The position numbers and the translations under genes were made by a program. A stretch of DNA of 64,000 nucleotides from Gammaproteobacteria bacterium (GTDB lineage Bacteria; Pseudomonadota; Gammaproteobacteria; Steroidobacterales; Steroidobacteraceae): contig JBJTAV010000151.1 in assembly GCA_046091005.1 (NCBI GenBank), forward strand, positions 520 through 64,519, written 5' to 3'. Under the pieces are notes generated by a model that was given only the letters and a program-made list of their open reading frames with translations, ran no database searches and had not been told where the DNA came from. The stretch's first letter is position 1. Every line of letters starts with the position of its first letter. Positions 50,654-63,699 of the stretch are shown piece after piece.

Positions 50654-52620
50654 GAGCGGAGCTCCGGTAGATCGCGGAAATAGTCGAGTGCGGCGGGGTT
50701 CGCGAGGGCGTCGGTGTTGGTGACCGGCAGGCCGTGCACGATATTGCGCACGGCGAGTTCGACGATCTTGCCGCTGATGGTGCGCGGAATCTCGGGCACT
50801 GCAACAATGCGTGCCGGCACGTGGCGCGGCGTGGTGTTGGCGCGTATGGTGTCGCGGATGCGTTTTTGCAGAGCGTCATCGAGGGTAATGCCCTCGCGCA
50901 GGCGCACGAAGAGCACGACGCGCACATCGCTCTGCCACGCTTGACCGATGCAAAGCGATTCCAGAACCTCGGGCAAGGTTTCGACCTGCCGATAGATTTC
51001 GGCGGTACCGATGCGGATACCGCCCGGGTTCAACACGGCATCGGAGCGACCGAGAATCATGAAGCCGCCATGCGCGGTACGCATGGCGTAATCACCGTGA
51101 TGCCAGATGCCCGCAAAGCGCTCGAAGTAAGCCTTGCGATATCGCGCGCCATCGGCATCACCCCAAAAACCGATCGGCATCGACGGAAAGCTGCGTCGAC
51201 AGACGAGTTCGCCCCTCTCGCCGGCGGGTAGCGAGCGGCCGGACTCATCGACCACATCCACATCCATGCCGAGGCCCGCACACTGCAGTTCGCCGCGATA
51301 CACGGGTCCGAGCGGATTGGCGATGCAGAAGCTCGAGATGATGTCGGTACCGCCAGAAATCGATGACAGCTGCAGGTCGTTTTTGATGTTGCGGTAGACG
51401 AAATCGAATTGCTCGGGCGCAAGCGGCGAGCCCGTCGACAACACGGTGCGCAGCGCGGGCAGCTGCACGCGTTCGCGCGGCTGATACCCGGACTTTTCGA
51501 GAGCAGACAAATATTTTGGACTGGTACCGAAAATGCTGATGTGTTCGGCTTCGGCCATGCGCCAGAGCACGCCTTCATCAGGATGAAATGGCGAGCCATC
51601 GTAGAGCACCAGCGTGGCACCAACGGCGAGACCGCTCGCCAGCCAGTTCCACATCATCCAGCCGCAGCTGGTGAAGAAGAACAGGCGATCGGTGCGGCGC
51701 AGATCAACGTGCAGGTGGTGTTCCTTCAAATGCTGCAGCAGCGTGCCGCCGGCGCCATGGACAATGCACTTCGGTTTGCCGGTGGTGCCCGATGAATACA
51801 TCACGAAGAGCGGGTGAGCGAAGGGCAGGCGCGTGAAAACGGGTTTCGCACCCGGCGTACCGCAGCGATTCCAGAGTTGCACCTGACGCGTGGCGTCAGC
51901 GGACAAGCGCTCGAGATTGGGCGCCGCGTCGATGTAAGGCACCACGATCACGGTGCTTACCGAGGGCAGTTGCGCCAGTACGCCGGCGATCGGTGTCAAA
52001 GAATCGAGTGTCTTGCCACCGTAAAAATAACCATCGGCGGTGACGATGACCTTGGGTGCGATTTGTCCGAAGCGATCGAGCACGCCGGCGATACCGAAGT
52101 CGGGCGAGCACGAAGACCAGATCGCGCCAATGCTGGTGGTGGCGAGCATCGCAATGATCGTCTCGGGCAGGTTCGGCATGAAGCCCGCGACCCGATCCTC
52201 GGGCACCACCCCCGCAGCACGCAGGCCTGCCGCCACACGGCCGACTTCGGCCGCGAGCTGACGATAAGACAAAGTCCGCCGTACACCGCGCTCGTTGTGG
52301 AATACGAGTGCCGGATGATCGTCGCGAAAGTGCAGCAAATTCTCGGCGAAATTGAGCTGAGCGCCCGGGAACCAGCGTGCTCCGGGCATCTGCGCGCCGT
52401 CCTCGAGCACGGCGGCCGCTGCCCAGTCGGCTTTCACGTCGGTGAAATGCGCGAGCTCGAACCAGAAGGCGGGCGAGTCCTCGACCGACCAGCGATGCAG
52501 TGCAGCGTAATCGGCGAAATGCAGATCACGGCGCGCGGCGACGCAGTTTATGAAGCGCTGCAGATTACTGTTCTGTCTGCGCTCCGTGCTCGGCGTCCAC
52601 AATGGCTGCGCCTCGCTCAT
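50650..52620 (-). CDS. Acetoacetate-CoA ligase (acetoacetyl-CoA synthetase)
   Basis: 656 aa. AMP-binding motif [10 protein letters not shown]; the N-terminal region and overall length are typical of AACS. Confidence 0.88.
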   Translation of the reverse strand: MSEAQPLWTPSTERRQNSNLQRFINCVAARRDLHFADYAALHRWSVEDSPAFWFELAHFTDVKADWAAAAVLEDGAQMPGARWFPGAQLNFAENLLHFRDDHPALVFHNERGVRRTLSYRQLAAEVGRVAAGLRAAGVVPEDRVAGFMPNLPETIIAMLATTSIGAIWSSCSPDFGIAGVLDRFGQIAPKVIVTADGYFYGGKTLDSLTPIAGVLAQLPSVSTVIVVPYIDAAPNLERLSADATRQVQLWNRCGTPGAKPVFTRLPFAHPLFVMYSSGTTGKPKCIVHGAGGTLLQHLKEHHLHVDLRRTDRLFFFTSCGWMMWNWLASGLAVGATLVLYDGSPFHPDEGVLWRMAEAEHISIFGTSPKYLSALEKSGYQPRERVQLPALRTVLSTGSPLAPEQFDFVYRNIKNDLQLSSISGGTDIISSFCIANPLGPVYRGELQCAGLGMDVDVVDESGRSLPAGERGELVCRRSFPSMPIGFWGDADGARYRKAYFERFAGIWHHGDYAMRTAHGGFMILGRSDAVLNPGGIRIGTAEIYRQVETLPEVLESLCIGQAWQSDVRVVLFVRLREGITLDDALQKRIRDTIRANTTPRHVPARIVAVPEIPRTISGKIVELAVRNIVHGLPVTNTDALANPAALDYFRDLPELRS

Positions 52621-52638
52621 GTCGACAACGTCAGCAAC

Positions 52639-54258
52639 TCAGAGCGACTGGTAGATTGGGCCGGAGCCGCCTTCGGGCGTCGTCCAATCAATGATTTGAT
52701 ACGGGTCTTTGATGTCACAGGCCTTGCAGTGCACGCAGTTCGAAGCATTGATCTGCAGTCGCTTGCCGCCCGCTCCGTCATCCACCATTTCATAGACATT
52801 GGCCGGACAGAAGTTCTGGCAAGGATTGCCGAACTCGGTGGCGCAGCGGGTCACGCAGATATCAGGATCGCGAACCTTGAGGTGGATCGGCTGGTTTTCT
52901 TCGTGCGAGTTGTTGGCGAAGAACACCGCAGCGAGACGATCGCGGGGCGGTAGCGAGCGATCGACCCAGCCGCGATCAGGCGATTCGAATTCATTGAGGC
53001 GCTGGGTTTCGGCGTAGGCGGCGGTGTTGCGCAGCGTCCATGGCGTGCGACCTCCGGTCACCGTCTCGAGCGCGCCATTGGCCATCGCAAACCACAAGCC
53101 GCGCTTGAAGCCGGGCTTGATGTTGCGCACCGCCTTGAGCTCGCGACCGCCTGCGGAGGCGCGAAAGCGCGCATCGAAGCCTGCGGGCGAGCAGGCGTGC
53201 TCCGCCAAATGCTCGGCGGCCAGCATGCCGCAGCGGATCGCCTGATGAATGCCCTTGATTTTGGCGACATTGAGCGTGCCCGCGGCATCGCCGATCAGCA
53301 TCGCACCCGGCATCTCGAGTTTCGGCAGCGATTGCCAGCCACCTGCGGCAATCGTACGCGCGCCGGCGGCGACGATCTCGCCGCCTTCGAGCAAGGCACG
53401 GATGCTCGGATGATGTTTGAACTGCTGGAAGGTTTCGAAGGGTTTCAGTCGCGGGTCGCGATAATCGAGACCCACCACATAGCCGACGTACACGCGATTG
53501 TTGTTCAGGTGATAAAGAAAACTGCCGCCATAGGTGCGGTTGTCGAGCGGCCAACCCACCGAGTGCTGGATGAGGCCGGGCTCAACTCGGCCTTCGGGCA
53601 ATTGCCACAATTCTTTGAAACCGAGACCGTAGGTTTGCGGATCGCAGTCGGCATCGAGTTGGTAGCGCGCAATCAGCTGCTTGCTGACGCTGCCGCGGCA
53701 GCCTTCGGCGAGCACCGTGATCTTGGCGCGCACCTCGGGGCCTGGCGCAAAGTTCGGTCCAGCTTCGCCTGATTTTTCGATGCCCATGTCGCCGATCTGC
53801 ACGCCGGCGACGCTGCCATCCTCGTTGAATAGCGGCTTGGCCGCAGCGAAGCCCGGGAACACATCGACGCCGAGCTCTTCGGCTTTGGCCGCGAGAATGG
53901 GCGTCAGCAAGCCGAGCGAGACGATGAAGTTGCCCTCATTGTGCTGTTGCGGCGGCACGGGCAGCCGGATGCGGCCCGTGCGGGTGAGCAGCGAGAATTC
54001 GTCGCGCTTGGCGGGCACACACACGGCGGGCGGATGGTCGCGCCAGCCTGGCAACAGAGCATCGAGCGGACCCGGCTCGAGCACCGCACCCGAGAGTGCC
54101 TGCGCGCCGATCGCCGAGGCCTTCTCGAGCACGCAAACCGTGAGAGCCGCGTTCAGTTGCTTGAGGCGCACCGCGCAAGCGAGGCCCGCCGGGCCGCCAC
54201 CGACGATGAGCACGTCATATTCCATGACGTCGCGTTCAATCTGCTCGGACATCTTCAA
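52639..54258 (-). CDS. Electron-transfer flavoprotein:ubiquinone oxidoreductase
   Basis: DVLIVGGGPAGLA FAD fold and C-terminal 4Fe-4S ligands CPANVYE...CVHCKACDIKDP. Confidence 0.93.
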   Translation of the reverse strand: MKMSEQIERDVMEYDVLIVGGGPAGLACAVRLKQLNAALTVCVLEKASAIGAQALSGAVLEPGPLDALLPGWRDHPPAVCVPAKRDEFSLLTRTGRIRLPVPPQQHNEGNFIVSLGLLTPILAAKAEELGVDVFPGFAAAKPLFNEDGSVAGVQIGDMGIEKSGEAGPNFAPGPEVRAKITVLAEGCRGSVSKQLIARYQLDADCDPQTYGLGFKELWQLPEGRVEPGLIQHSVGWPLDNRTYGGSFLYHLNNNRVYVGYVVGLDYRDPRLKPFETFQQFKHHPSIRALLEGGEIVAAGARTIAAGGWQSLPKLEMPGAMLIGDAAGTLNVAKIKGIHQAIRCGMLAAEHLAEHACSPAGFDARFRASAGGRELKAVRNIKPGFKRGLWFAMANGALETVTGGRTPWTLRNTAAYAETQRLNEFESPDRGWVDRSLPPRDRLAAVFFANNSHEENQPIHLKVRDPDICVTRCATEFGNPCQNFCPANVYEMVDDGAGGKRLQINASNCVHCKACDIKDPYQIIDWTTPEGGSGPIYQSL

Positions 54259-55433
54259 CCCCTCTCGATAGCGATGGCGGTGGCTTCACCGCCACCGATG
54301 CAGAGCGCAGCGACGCCGCGCCGCAGTCCGCGTTGCGCGAGCGCATGGGCGAGCGTGGCAACGATGCGCGCGCCGGTGGCGCCAATCGGATGACCGAGCG
54401 CGCAGGCGCCGCCATTGACGTTGAGTTTGTCGGCGGCGATGCCGATGTCTTTTTGCGCCGCCATGGCCACCGCCGCGAAAGCCTCGTTGACCTCGAAGAG
54501 ATCGACGTCTTCGGCACGCCAGCCCGCGCGTTGCAAAACTTTTTGGATGGCACCGACGGGCGCGACCGTGAACCACTCGGGCTCCAGCGCGAAGCTCGCC
54601 TGGGCGACGACACGCGCCAGCGGCTCGAGGCCGCGCGCCGACGCAAACTTTGCCGTGGCGAGAATTGCCGCGGCGGCGCCGTCCGAGATGGATGAGGAAC
54701 TCGCTGCGGTGACTGTGCCGTCTTTGCGGAACGCTGGCTTCAGTTGCGGAATCTTGGCGAGATCACAGGTGAAAGGTGTTTCGTCGCGATCGATCACGGT
54801 TTCGCCTTTACGACTTTTGACCGTGACCGGCGTGAGCTCGTTGGCAAACGCGCCGTTTTCGACGGCCGCCAAGGCGCGCCGCACCGAGAGCGCCGCAAAG
54901 GCATCTTGATCGGCGCGCGAGAAGTTGTAGCGACCCGCCGTGTTTTCGGCGAACGCGCCCATCATCTGGCCATCCCAAGGGCTTTGCAGGCCATCGGTGA
55001 ACATGTGATCGAGCACTTCGCCGTGACCCATGCGATAGCCAGCGCGGGCCTTCGGCAGCAGATACGGCGCGTTGCTCATCGATTCGAGGCCGCCCGCAGC
55101 GATGATCTCGGCATCGCCCGCGCGCAGCTGATCGATCGCCATCATGATGGCCTTCATCCCCGAGCCGCACATTTTGTTGATCGTGGTGGTCGGCACCCTG
55201 CGCGGGATGCCCGCTTGCAGCGCGGCCTGGCGCGCCGGAGCTTGGCCGAGCCCGGCGGGCAGCACGCAGCCCATGATCACTTCCTGAACGTCGCTGGCGG
55301 CAACGCCCGCCGCTTGCACGGCCGCGGCGAGTGCTGCGGCGCCGAGTTGTGGCGCGGGGGCCGGGGCGAGTACCCCCTGGAAGGCGCCGATCGGCGTGCG
55401 ACGGGCGGAGAGGAGGACGATCGAATCGGTCAT
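54255..55433 (-). CDS. Acetyl-CoA C-acetyltransferase (thiolase II)
   Basis: ORF trimmed to the ATG at 55433 (MTDSIVLLSARRTPIGAF). NKMCGSGMKA (active-site Cys), NGGACALGHPIGATG and CIGGGEA. Confidence 0.95.
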   Translation of the reverse strand: MTDSIVLLSARRTPIGAFQGVLAPAPAPQLGAAALAAAVQAAGVAASDVQEVIMGCVLPAGLGQAPARQAALQAGIPRRVPTTTINKMCGSGMKAIMMAIDQLRAGDAEIIAAGGLESMSNAPYLLPKARAGYRMGHGEVLDHMFTDGLQSPWDGQMMGAFAENTAGRYNFSRADQDAFAALSVRRALAAVENGAFANELTPVTVKSRKGETVIDRDETPFTCDLAKIPQLKPAFRKDGTVTAASSSSISDGAAAAILATAKFASARGLEPLARVVAQASFALEPEWFTVAPVGAIQKVLQRAGWRAEDVDLFEVNEAFAAVAMAAQKDIGIAADKLNVNGGACALGHPIGATGARIVATLAHALAQRGLRRGVAALCIGGGEATAIAIERG

Positions 55434-55472
55434 GCGGGCCCCGGGCGAAAGCAAGCTGGAAAGCCCGTTAGT

Positions 55473-56252
55473 TTATGCGAAAACCCCGCCGCGGTCGGGT
55501 TCGCCTAGGCGCTCGAGGATGGCGGCCCGCGTTTGCTCGCGCAGCTGCCGCGCCACGTCCTCCGACTCCAGATCCGCGGGCGGCAGGATCGGCGGCAGTA
55601 GTTCCACTTCGATGAGGCCTGGGCGGGGAAAGAATCTCGGGCTTTGCAGGATGGCGCGCGTGCCGCGGATCACGCAGGGCACGACCGGGCAACGCGCGTA
55701 AGCCGCACTTTTGAAGGCGCCGCTGTGGAATTTCAGCAGCCCCGGCTCACCCTCGAAGGTACCCTCGGGGAAGAACAGCAGTGACTGTCCGGCACTCGCC
55801 GTACGCAGTACCCGGCGTGCATCGAGTGAGCCTTTGTGACGGTTGAAGCGCTCGACGAATTCCGTGCCGATGCGGCGCAGCAGCAGCCCGGCGAGTGGCA
55901 CGTTGGCCATCTCGCGCTTGACGACATACGCATAGTTTTCGGGCAGCACCGCCTTGATGACAATCGCGTCGATGTAACTCGCGTGATTGGCAGCGACCAC
56001 GCATTGCCCGGCGGGCAGGTGCTCGGCGCCGGTGACGACCAGTCGCGTAAAGGTCAGGCGCAGAATGAGCCTCGAGGCGACGCCGGCGAGGTGTCGACGT
56101 CGGTCCATCCCGGGCACCACCAGTAGCAACAGCAACAGCGCGAACGCGATCGCGATAAACACCAGCCACGCATAGCTGCCAAAGATCACCCGCGCCAGCA
56201 GGGCAGCGGGAGGTTCGCGGGCGGTGGCGGTTGCGGTGGTGGGCGATAGCAT
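55473..56252 (-). CDS. plsC: 1-acyl-sn-glycerol-3-phosphate acyltransferase family protein
   Basis: ORF trimmed to the ATG at 56252. N-terminal TM segment, NHASYIDA (HX4D) and FPEGT. Confidence 0.8.
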   Translation of the reverse strand: MLSPTTATATAREPPAALLARVIFGSYAWLVFIAIAFALLLLLLVVPGMDRRRHLAGVASRLILRLTFTRLVVTGAEHLPAGQCVVAANHASYIDAIVIKAVLPENYAYVVKREMANVPLAGLLLRRIGTEFVERFNRHKGSLDARRVLRTASAGQSLLFFPEGTFEGEPGLLKFHSGAFKSAAYARCPVVPCVIRGTRAILQSPRFFPRPGLIEVELLPPILPPADLESEDVARQLREQTRAAILERLGEPDRGGVFA

Positions 56253-56330
56253 GGGTGGGTGCAAAGTTGGCGGCGCGGTATCCTTGTGTTTGCCGTGCGC
56301 GAAAGTCAACGCAGTCCGCCGATTTCCTCC

Positions 56331-57221
56331 GTGGTGCCCGATCCCGCGCTGCTGCGGTTTCTCGATGTGATCTGGATGGAGCGCGGCCTTGCGGCCAACA
56401 CCCTTGCCGCCTATCGAGCCGATTTGCTGGCGCTGCAGCAGTGGCTCGAGACCCGTGGCAGCACGCTTGCGGCAGCGAGCCGTACCCATTTGCTCGATTA
56501 TGTTGCCGCGCGGGTGAGCGCCGGCGCGAGACCGCGATCGACCGCGCGGCAGCTCTCGGCGTTCCGCCGGTTTTTTCGTCAACAAGTTCGTGACGGCGCG
56601 CGTCAGGAAGACCCGACGGCCGAAGTGGCGATGCCGCGCACGGGTCGTGCCCTACCGAAATCATTGAGCGAACACGACGTGGAAACTTTGCTCGCCGCGC
56701 CGCCCGTCGCCGAGCCTTTGGGGTTTCGTGATCGCACCATGCTCGAAGTGCTCTACGCGACGGGGCTGCGCGTCTCCGAGCTCGTCAATCTGCGGCACGC
56801 CCAGGTCAATCTCAATCAGGGCGTACTGCGGGTCACTGGCAAGGGTAATCGCGAGCGTCTGGTGCCCTTGGGGGCCGAGGCCATCGACTGGCTGCAGCGC
56901 TTCGCGGCCGACGCACGCGGCGAAATCCTCGGCTCGCAGCAGACCGATTTTCTATTCCCCACGCGGCGCGGGACGCGCATGACGCGACAGGCGTTCTGGA
57001 ATCTCATCAAGCGCCATGCCCGCGCAGCAGGCATCAGCAAACCGCTCTCGCCACACACGCTGCGGCATGCTTTTGCGACCCATCTTCTGAACCACGGCGC
57101 CGACCTGCGCGTGGTGCAGATGTTGCTGGGTCACAGCGATCTGTCGACCACGCAGATCTACACCCATGTTGCCCGCGAGCGCATGAAAAGCCTGCACGCC
57201 GCGCATCATCCGCGCGGTTGA
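56331..57221 (+). CDS. xerD: Site-specific tyrosine recombinase XerD
   Basis: FLDVIWMERGLAANTLAAYRADL at the N-terminus. The catalytic region has ATGLRVSEL, HTLRHAFATHLL and LGHSDLSTTQIYTHV. Start uncertain between the GTG at 56331 and the GTG at 56259. Confidence 0.88.
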   Translation: MVPDPALLRFLDVIWMERGLAANTLAAYRADLLALQQWLETRGSTLAAASRTHLLDYVAARVSAGARPRSTARQLSAFRRFFRQQVRDGARQEDPTAEVAMPRTGRALPKSLSEHDVETLLAAPPVAEPLGFRDRTMLEVLYATGLRVSELVNLRHAQVNLNQGVLRVTGKGNRERLVPLGAEAIDWLQRFAADARGEILGSQQTDFLFPTRRGTRMTRQAFWNLIKRHARAAGISKPLSPHTLRHAFATHLLNHGADLRVVQMLLGHSDLSTTQIYTHVARERMKSLHAAHHPRG

Positions 57222-57298
57222 GGGTATACAAAGCGCGCTGGATTACGCTGCGATGCGCTTGCCGCGTGCTGAGCGCGTCCTCTGCTAAAATGCCGTGC

Positions 57299-58078
57299 AT
57301 GAAAACCGCAGTCTTTTCGGCCTTGATGGTGATGCTGGCTTTGCCGCTCGCGGGCTCCGCGCAGCAGGGCAGCGCCGCGCCGCAAGGCAACGCCGCGCAA
57401 GCGAGTGCCTCGGCGTCACGGGGTGCGGCTGCTGCCGACCCGCGTACCGAACTCGTCAAACGCTTGCCCGGCAGCAAGCTCGAAGATTTCCGCCCCTCGC
57501 CGTTACCCGGGGTCTATGAATACGCGCGCGGTGCCGACATCCTCTACATCAGCGCGGACGGCAAGTTCGCCCTGGCCGGCGACATGTACGAGATCGCCAG
57601 CGAAACCAACCTCAGTGAAAAGCGTCGCCGCGAGGCGCGTCTTGCGCTCATCGCCAAGGTGCCTGAAAACCAGATGGTGATTTTCGGGCCGCGCGAGGCC
57701 AAGCACACCGTCACCGTGTTCACCGATGTCGATTGTGGTTATTGCCGCAAACTGCACGCAGAGATCGTGCGCTACAACCAGCTGGGCATACGTGTGCGTT
57801 ATCTCTTTTATCCGCGCGAGGGCCCGGACTCCGAGTCATGGGACAAAGCGATCGCCGTCTGGTGTTCCGCCAATCGCAACGACGCGCTGACCCGCGCCAA
57901 GAAAGGCGAGAAGATCGGCAATCCGAAGTGCGCTTCGAATCCGGTGGCCAAAGATTACGAGCTGGGTCAGGAAGTCGGCTTGCGCGGGACGCCGGCGATC
58001 ATCACGGCGAGCGGCGAGCTGCTGCCGGGCTATGTGCCGCCCGATATGCTCGTCAAACGTCTCGAAGAAAAAAGCTGA
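57299..58078 (+). CDS. dsbC: Thiol:disulfide interchange protein DsbC
   Basis: ORF trimmed to the ATG at 57299 (signal peptide MKTAVFSALMVMLALPLAGSA). Motifs CGYC and GTPAII. Confidence 0.85.
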   Translation: MKTAVFSALMVMLALPLAGSAQQGSAAPQGNAAQASASASRGAAAADPRTELVKRLPGSKLEDFRPSPLPGVYEYARGADILYISADGKFALAGDMYEIASETNLSEKRRREARLALIAKVPENQMVIFGPREAKHTVTVFTDVDCGYCRKLHAEIVRYNQLGIRVRYLFYPREGPDSESWDKAIAVWCSANRNDALTRAKKGEKIGNPKCASNPVAKDYELGQEVGLRGTPAIITASGELLPGYVPPDMLVKRLEEKS

Positions 58079-58097
58079 CAGCGACTGCCGGGCGCGA

Positions 58098-58421
58098 TCA
58101 GCGCTCGAGCAGTTTGAATTTGTCCGGCTTGCCTTCCCATTCTTTGGCGTCGGCCGGCGCATCACCTTTCTCGGTGATCACGGGCCACTTGCGTGCGAGT
58201 TCGGCGTTCAATGCCTTGAACTGCTGCTGGTCGGCAGGGACTTCGTCTTCGGAGTAAATGGCCTCGACCGGGCACTCGGGCTCGCACAGCGTGCAGTCGA
58301 TGCACTCATCCGGATCGATGACCAGAAAATTGGGGCCTTCGTGAAAGCAGTCGACCGGGCAGACCTCGACGCAGTCCATGTATTTGCACTTGATGCAGTT
58401 TTCTGTGACGACGAAGGTCAT
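58098..58421 (-). CDS. fdxA: 7Fe ferredoxin (3Fe-4S / 4Fe-4S), FdxA type
   Basis: [17 protein letters not shown] and [12 protein letters not shown]; 107 aa. Confidence 0.95.
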   Translation of the reverse strand: MTFVVTENCIKCKYMDCVEVCPVDCFHEGPNFLVIDPDECIDCTLCEPECPVEAIYSEDEVPADQQQFKALNAELARKWPVITEKGDAPADAKEWEGKPDKFKLLER

Positions 58422-58481
58422 GGTCTTCCCCGAAAAAACGTTGTCGCGAACTTTATCTCGACAGCACGGGCTCTGCCAGAG

Positions 58482-59060
58482 TCAGCTCGGCTGTTGACCG
58501 CCCGTTGACAGCCCGGCCGCCGTGGTGCGGCGGTCGAACTCCGTGAAGTAGTGTTGCTCGATGCCGCGCGCGCGATCCTCGAAGTAACGGCGCAGGGCGA
58601 ATTCCGTGCTCGGAAAAGCGATGTCGCTCCACGGAATATCCCGCTCCTCGACCAGTTTCGATTCGAGGCTTTCGACCCCAACACCAAACTCCGGTGTGCG
58701 CAAACGCGCGCGGAAAAACACATGTACTTGCTGCGCATGCAGGATGTGCACGACGGCCAGCAAAGAACCGATCTCGACATCGGCCAGCGCTTCTTCGTAG
58801 GACTCGCGCGCAGCGGCCTGCTGCAGCGTCTCGTTGTTTTCCATGAAGCCCGCAGGAAAGGTCCAGTAGCCGAGGCGTGGCTCGATGGCGCGGCGGCACA
58901 GCAGGATTTTTCCGGAAGGATCTTCGGGAACGCAGCCGACCACCAGCTTCGGGTTCTGGTAGTGCACCGTATGACAGGACGGGCAGACGTGGCGCGGTAG
59001 GTGCTCGCCTTCGGGGACGCGCACCACGACCGCGGTGCCACAATTGCTGCAATAGTTCAT
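58482..59060 (-). CDS. NUDIX hydrolase with N-terminal zinc ribbon
   Basis: ORF trimmed to the ATG at 59060 (MNYCSNCGTAV...CPSCH). Nudix box GFMENNETLQQAAARESYEEALA. Confidence 0.8.
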   Translation of the reverse strand: MNYCSNCGTAVVVRVPEGEHLPRHVCPSCHTVHYQNPKLVVGCVPEDPSGKILLCRRAIEPRLGYWTFPAGFMENNETLQQAAARESYEEALADVEIGSLLAVVHILHAQQVHVFFRARLRTPEFGVGVESLESKLVEERDIPWSDIAFPSTEFALRRYFEDRARGIEQHYFTEFDRRTTAAGLSTGGQQPS

Positions 59061-59071
59061 TCGTTGAGCGT

Positions 59072-59158
59072 TGGTGCCGGGAGAGGGAATCGAACCCACA
59101 CTCTGTCGCCAGAACCGGATTTTGAGTCCGGCGCGTCTACCAGTTCCGCCATCCCGGC
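59072..59158 (-). tRNA. tRNA-Leu (anticodon CAA)
   Basis: Reverse strand reads GCCGGGATGGCGGAACTGGTAGACGCGCCGGACTCAAAATCCGGTTCTGGCGACAGAGTGTGGGTTCGATTCCCTCTCCCGGCACCA. 7-bp acceptor stem, anticodon loop CUCAAAA, long variable arm, TTCGATT T-loop (one U-U mismatch in the T stem) and an encoded CCA. Confidence 0.9.
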
Positions 59159-59208
59159 TCCTGGAAAGGAGCGCAGTATACGTGAAACCCCGCGCAGACT
59201 TGCCTACC

Positions 59209-61430
<2,222 letters not shown>

Positions 61431-61475
61431 TCCGCGGCCTTTTTCGACCCGTCACCTACCCGAGGACCCGATCCC

Positions 61476-61802
61476 ATGAATGGACTGATCCCCGAGGCCT
61501 ATGCTCAGGCCGGCGGCGCCGCACCCGGTGGCCAGCTCGCACCGCTTTTGATGATGGTGCTGTTCATCGTCATTTTCTATTTTTTGCTGATTCGCCCACA
61601 GCAAAAGAAGGCCAAAGAGCACGCCGCCATGCTCGGCAAGCTTGCCTCAGGCGATGAGGTCGTGACCGCCGGTGGCATCGTCGGCAAGGTGACCGAGGTT
61701 GACGACGGTTTCGTCACCCTTGAAATCGCCCCCGAAGTCCGCATCAAGGTGCAGAAGTTCCAAGTGAGTTCATTGGTGCCCAAGGGCACCCTGAAGGGCT
61801 GA
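61476..61802 (+). CDS. yajC: Preprotein translocase subunit YajC
   Basis: 108 aa. A single TM segment followed by RPQQKKAKEH and GGIVGKV. Confidence 0.9.
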   Translation: MNGLIPEAYAQAGGAAPGGQLAPLLMMVLFIVIFYFLLIRPQQKKAKEHAAMLGKLASGDEVVTAGGIVGKVTEVDDGFVTLEIAPEVRIKVQKFQVSSLVPKGTLKG

Positions 61803-61805
61803 TAC

Positions 61806-63674
61806 ATGCTCGAGTTTGCCCGCTGGAAGTACATCCTCGTCGCCGCCGTTCTGGTGCTGGCGACGGTCTTTGCGCTGCCCAATGTTTTTGGCGAGGACGC
61901 CGCGTTGCAGGTGGCCCGCAAAGACCGCAGTGCGATCGAAGCCGACGGGCAACGCTCGGTCGAGGACTTCCTGCGCGGCAAGGGCGTGACGGTCTCGCGC
62001 AGCTACATCGACAATGGTCGTTTGATGCTGCACTTCTCCGAAGTGCCCGAGCAGCTGAAGGCGCGCGACCTCGTCAATGAAAACTTCGCCCGCGACTACG
62101 TCACGGCGCTGTCCTTCGCCTCACGCGCCCCGGATTGGTTGCGCAATATCGGCCTGCGCCCGATGCCGCTCGGCCTCGATCTGCGCGGTGGCCTCTACCT
62201 GCTCTATCAGGTCGATGTCGATGGCGCAGTCGCTCAAGTGCTCGAAGTGTACGAGCAAGATCTGCGTCGGGCGCTGAGTCAGGACAACGTTCAATTCATT
62301 GATGTCGTGCAGGTGGCCGAGGGCACGGTCAAGCCGAATGGCCTGCGCGTATTGCTGCCGGCGGGTGCCGACCCGGCGCCCGCGCGCGAGGCCATCCGAC
62401 GTGTATTGCCCGATCTCACGATCTCGGCGCAGCCGGGCGGGGTAGGGCCGATCCTGCAGGCCTTGCTGACAGCGACTCAGCTCAAAGAGCGTCAGGACTA
62501 CGCCATCTCGCAAAACCTGACCACCATCCGCAATCGCGTCAACGAGCTCGGCGTGTCCGAGCCCGTGGTGCAGCGGCAGGGTATCGATCGCATCGCCGTG
62601 CAGCTGCCCGGCGTGCAAAACTCGGCCGAGGTCAAAGATATTCTCGGCAAGGTCGCGACCCTCGAGTTTCGCCTGGTCGACATTCAAAACAGTGTTTCGG
62701 ACGCTGTGCAGCGCGGTCGGGCACCGTTCGGCTCCAAGCTCTATGAAACCCGCGAAGGTCAGCCGACGCTGTTGAAGCGCGACATCATCGTCACCGGCGA
62801 TCAGCTCATCGACGCCACCACGGCGGCCACCGAACAGGGGCCGGGTGTGTCGGTCAAGCTCGATGCCTCGGGCGGTGAAGAAATGCTGCGTACCACGCGG
62901 GCCAATCTCGGCAAGCCCATGGCGGTCGTGTTCATCGAGCAGCGTCGCGAAGAAGTCGATGTCGGCGGCCAGAAAGTGCAGCGCGACATCAAAGAAGAGA
63001 AGGTGATCAACACCGCGACCATTCAAGGCATTTTCTCGAACAGCTTCCAGATCACCGGTCTTGGCGTCAACGAAGCGCGCGAGCTCGCCTTGCTGCTGCG
63101 CGCCGGTGCACTGGCTGCGCCCATTTTTGTCATTGAAGAGCGCGTGGTGGGTCCGGGCCTCGGCAAAGAAAACATCGCCAAGGGCACAACTGCGCTGATG
63201 ATCGGCATGGCGCTGCTGTTCGTGTTCATGCTGGTTTATTACAAGATGTTCGGCGTGGTCGCGAACATCGTGCTGCTCGCGAACGTGGTGCTGCTTGCAG
63301 CCTTGCTCACCCTGTTCAAGGCGGCGCTCTCTTTGCCGGGTATCGCCGGCATCGTGCTGACCGTCGGCATGGCGGTCGATGCCAACGTGCTCATCTACGA
63401 GCGCATTCGTGAAGAAATCCGCAACGGCGTGACGCCGCAGACCGCCATTTCCAAGGGCTTCGAGAAAGCCTTCTCGGCGATTGCCGACTCCAACATCACG
63501 ACGCTGATTGCCGGCATCGTGCTGTGGGCCTTCGGCACCGGACCGATCCGCGGCTTCGCCGTGGTGCTCTCGCTCGGCATCCTGACGTCGATGTTCACAT
63601 CGCTCCTTGCCAGCCGTGCGCTGCTGACTTTGATGTACGGCGGCGCACGCCGTCCTGAAAAACTTTCGATCTGA
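61806..63674 (+). CDS. secD: Protein translocase subunit SecD
   Basis: 622 aa. N-terminal TM segment, a large periplasmic domain (LGLDLRGG) and a C-terminal six-TM bundle. Confidence 0.97.
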   Translation: MLEFARWKYILVAAVLVLATVFALPNVFGEDAALQVARKDRSAIEADGQRSVEDFLRGKGVTVSRSYIDNGRLMLHFSEVPEQLKARDLVNENFARDYVTALSFASRAPDWLRNIGLRPMPLGLDLRGGLYLLYQVDVDGAVAQVLEVYEQDLRRALSQDNVQFIDVVQVAEGTVKPNGLRVLLPAGADPAPAREAIRRVLPDLTISAQPGGVGPILQALLTATQLKERQDYAISQNLTTIRNRVNELGVSEPVVQRQGIDRIAVQLPGVQNSAEVKDILGKVATLEFRLVDIQNSVSDAVQRGRAPFGSKLYETREGQPTLLKRDIIVTGDQLIDATTAATEQGPGVSVKLDASGGEEMLRTTRANLGKPMAVVFIEQRREEVDVGGQKVQRDIKEEKVINTATIQGIFSNSFQITGLGVNEARELALLLRAGALAAPIFVIEERVVGPGLGKENIAKGTTALMIGMALLFVFMLVYYKMFGVVANIVLLANVVLLAALLTLFKAALSLPGIAGIVLTVGMAVDANVLIYERIREEIRNGVTPQTAISKGFEKAFSAIADSNITTLIAGIVLWAFGTGPIRGFAVVLSLGILTSMFTSLLASRALLTLMYGGARRPEKLSI

Positions 63675-63699
63675 CGCGGCACCCCGGAGTCTCGCCACC

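Noticed and set aside
56331-59158. A tyrosine recombinase (xerD) about 2 kb from a tRNA-Leu gene, considered as a possible genomic-island integration module
   Set aside because: The recombinase has the XerD-specific N-terminus and sits in the conserved xerD-dsbC context. Genes on both sides of the tRNA (fdxA, NUDIX, queA-tgt-yajC-secDF) are core. I found no direct repeat of the tRNA 3' end.
59071-59208. The 5' part of ORF 59071..60306 overlapping the tRNA-Leu locus
   Set aside because: This segment is the complement of a tRNA gene. QueA homology starts at the ATG at 59209.
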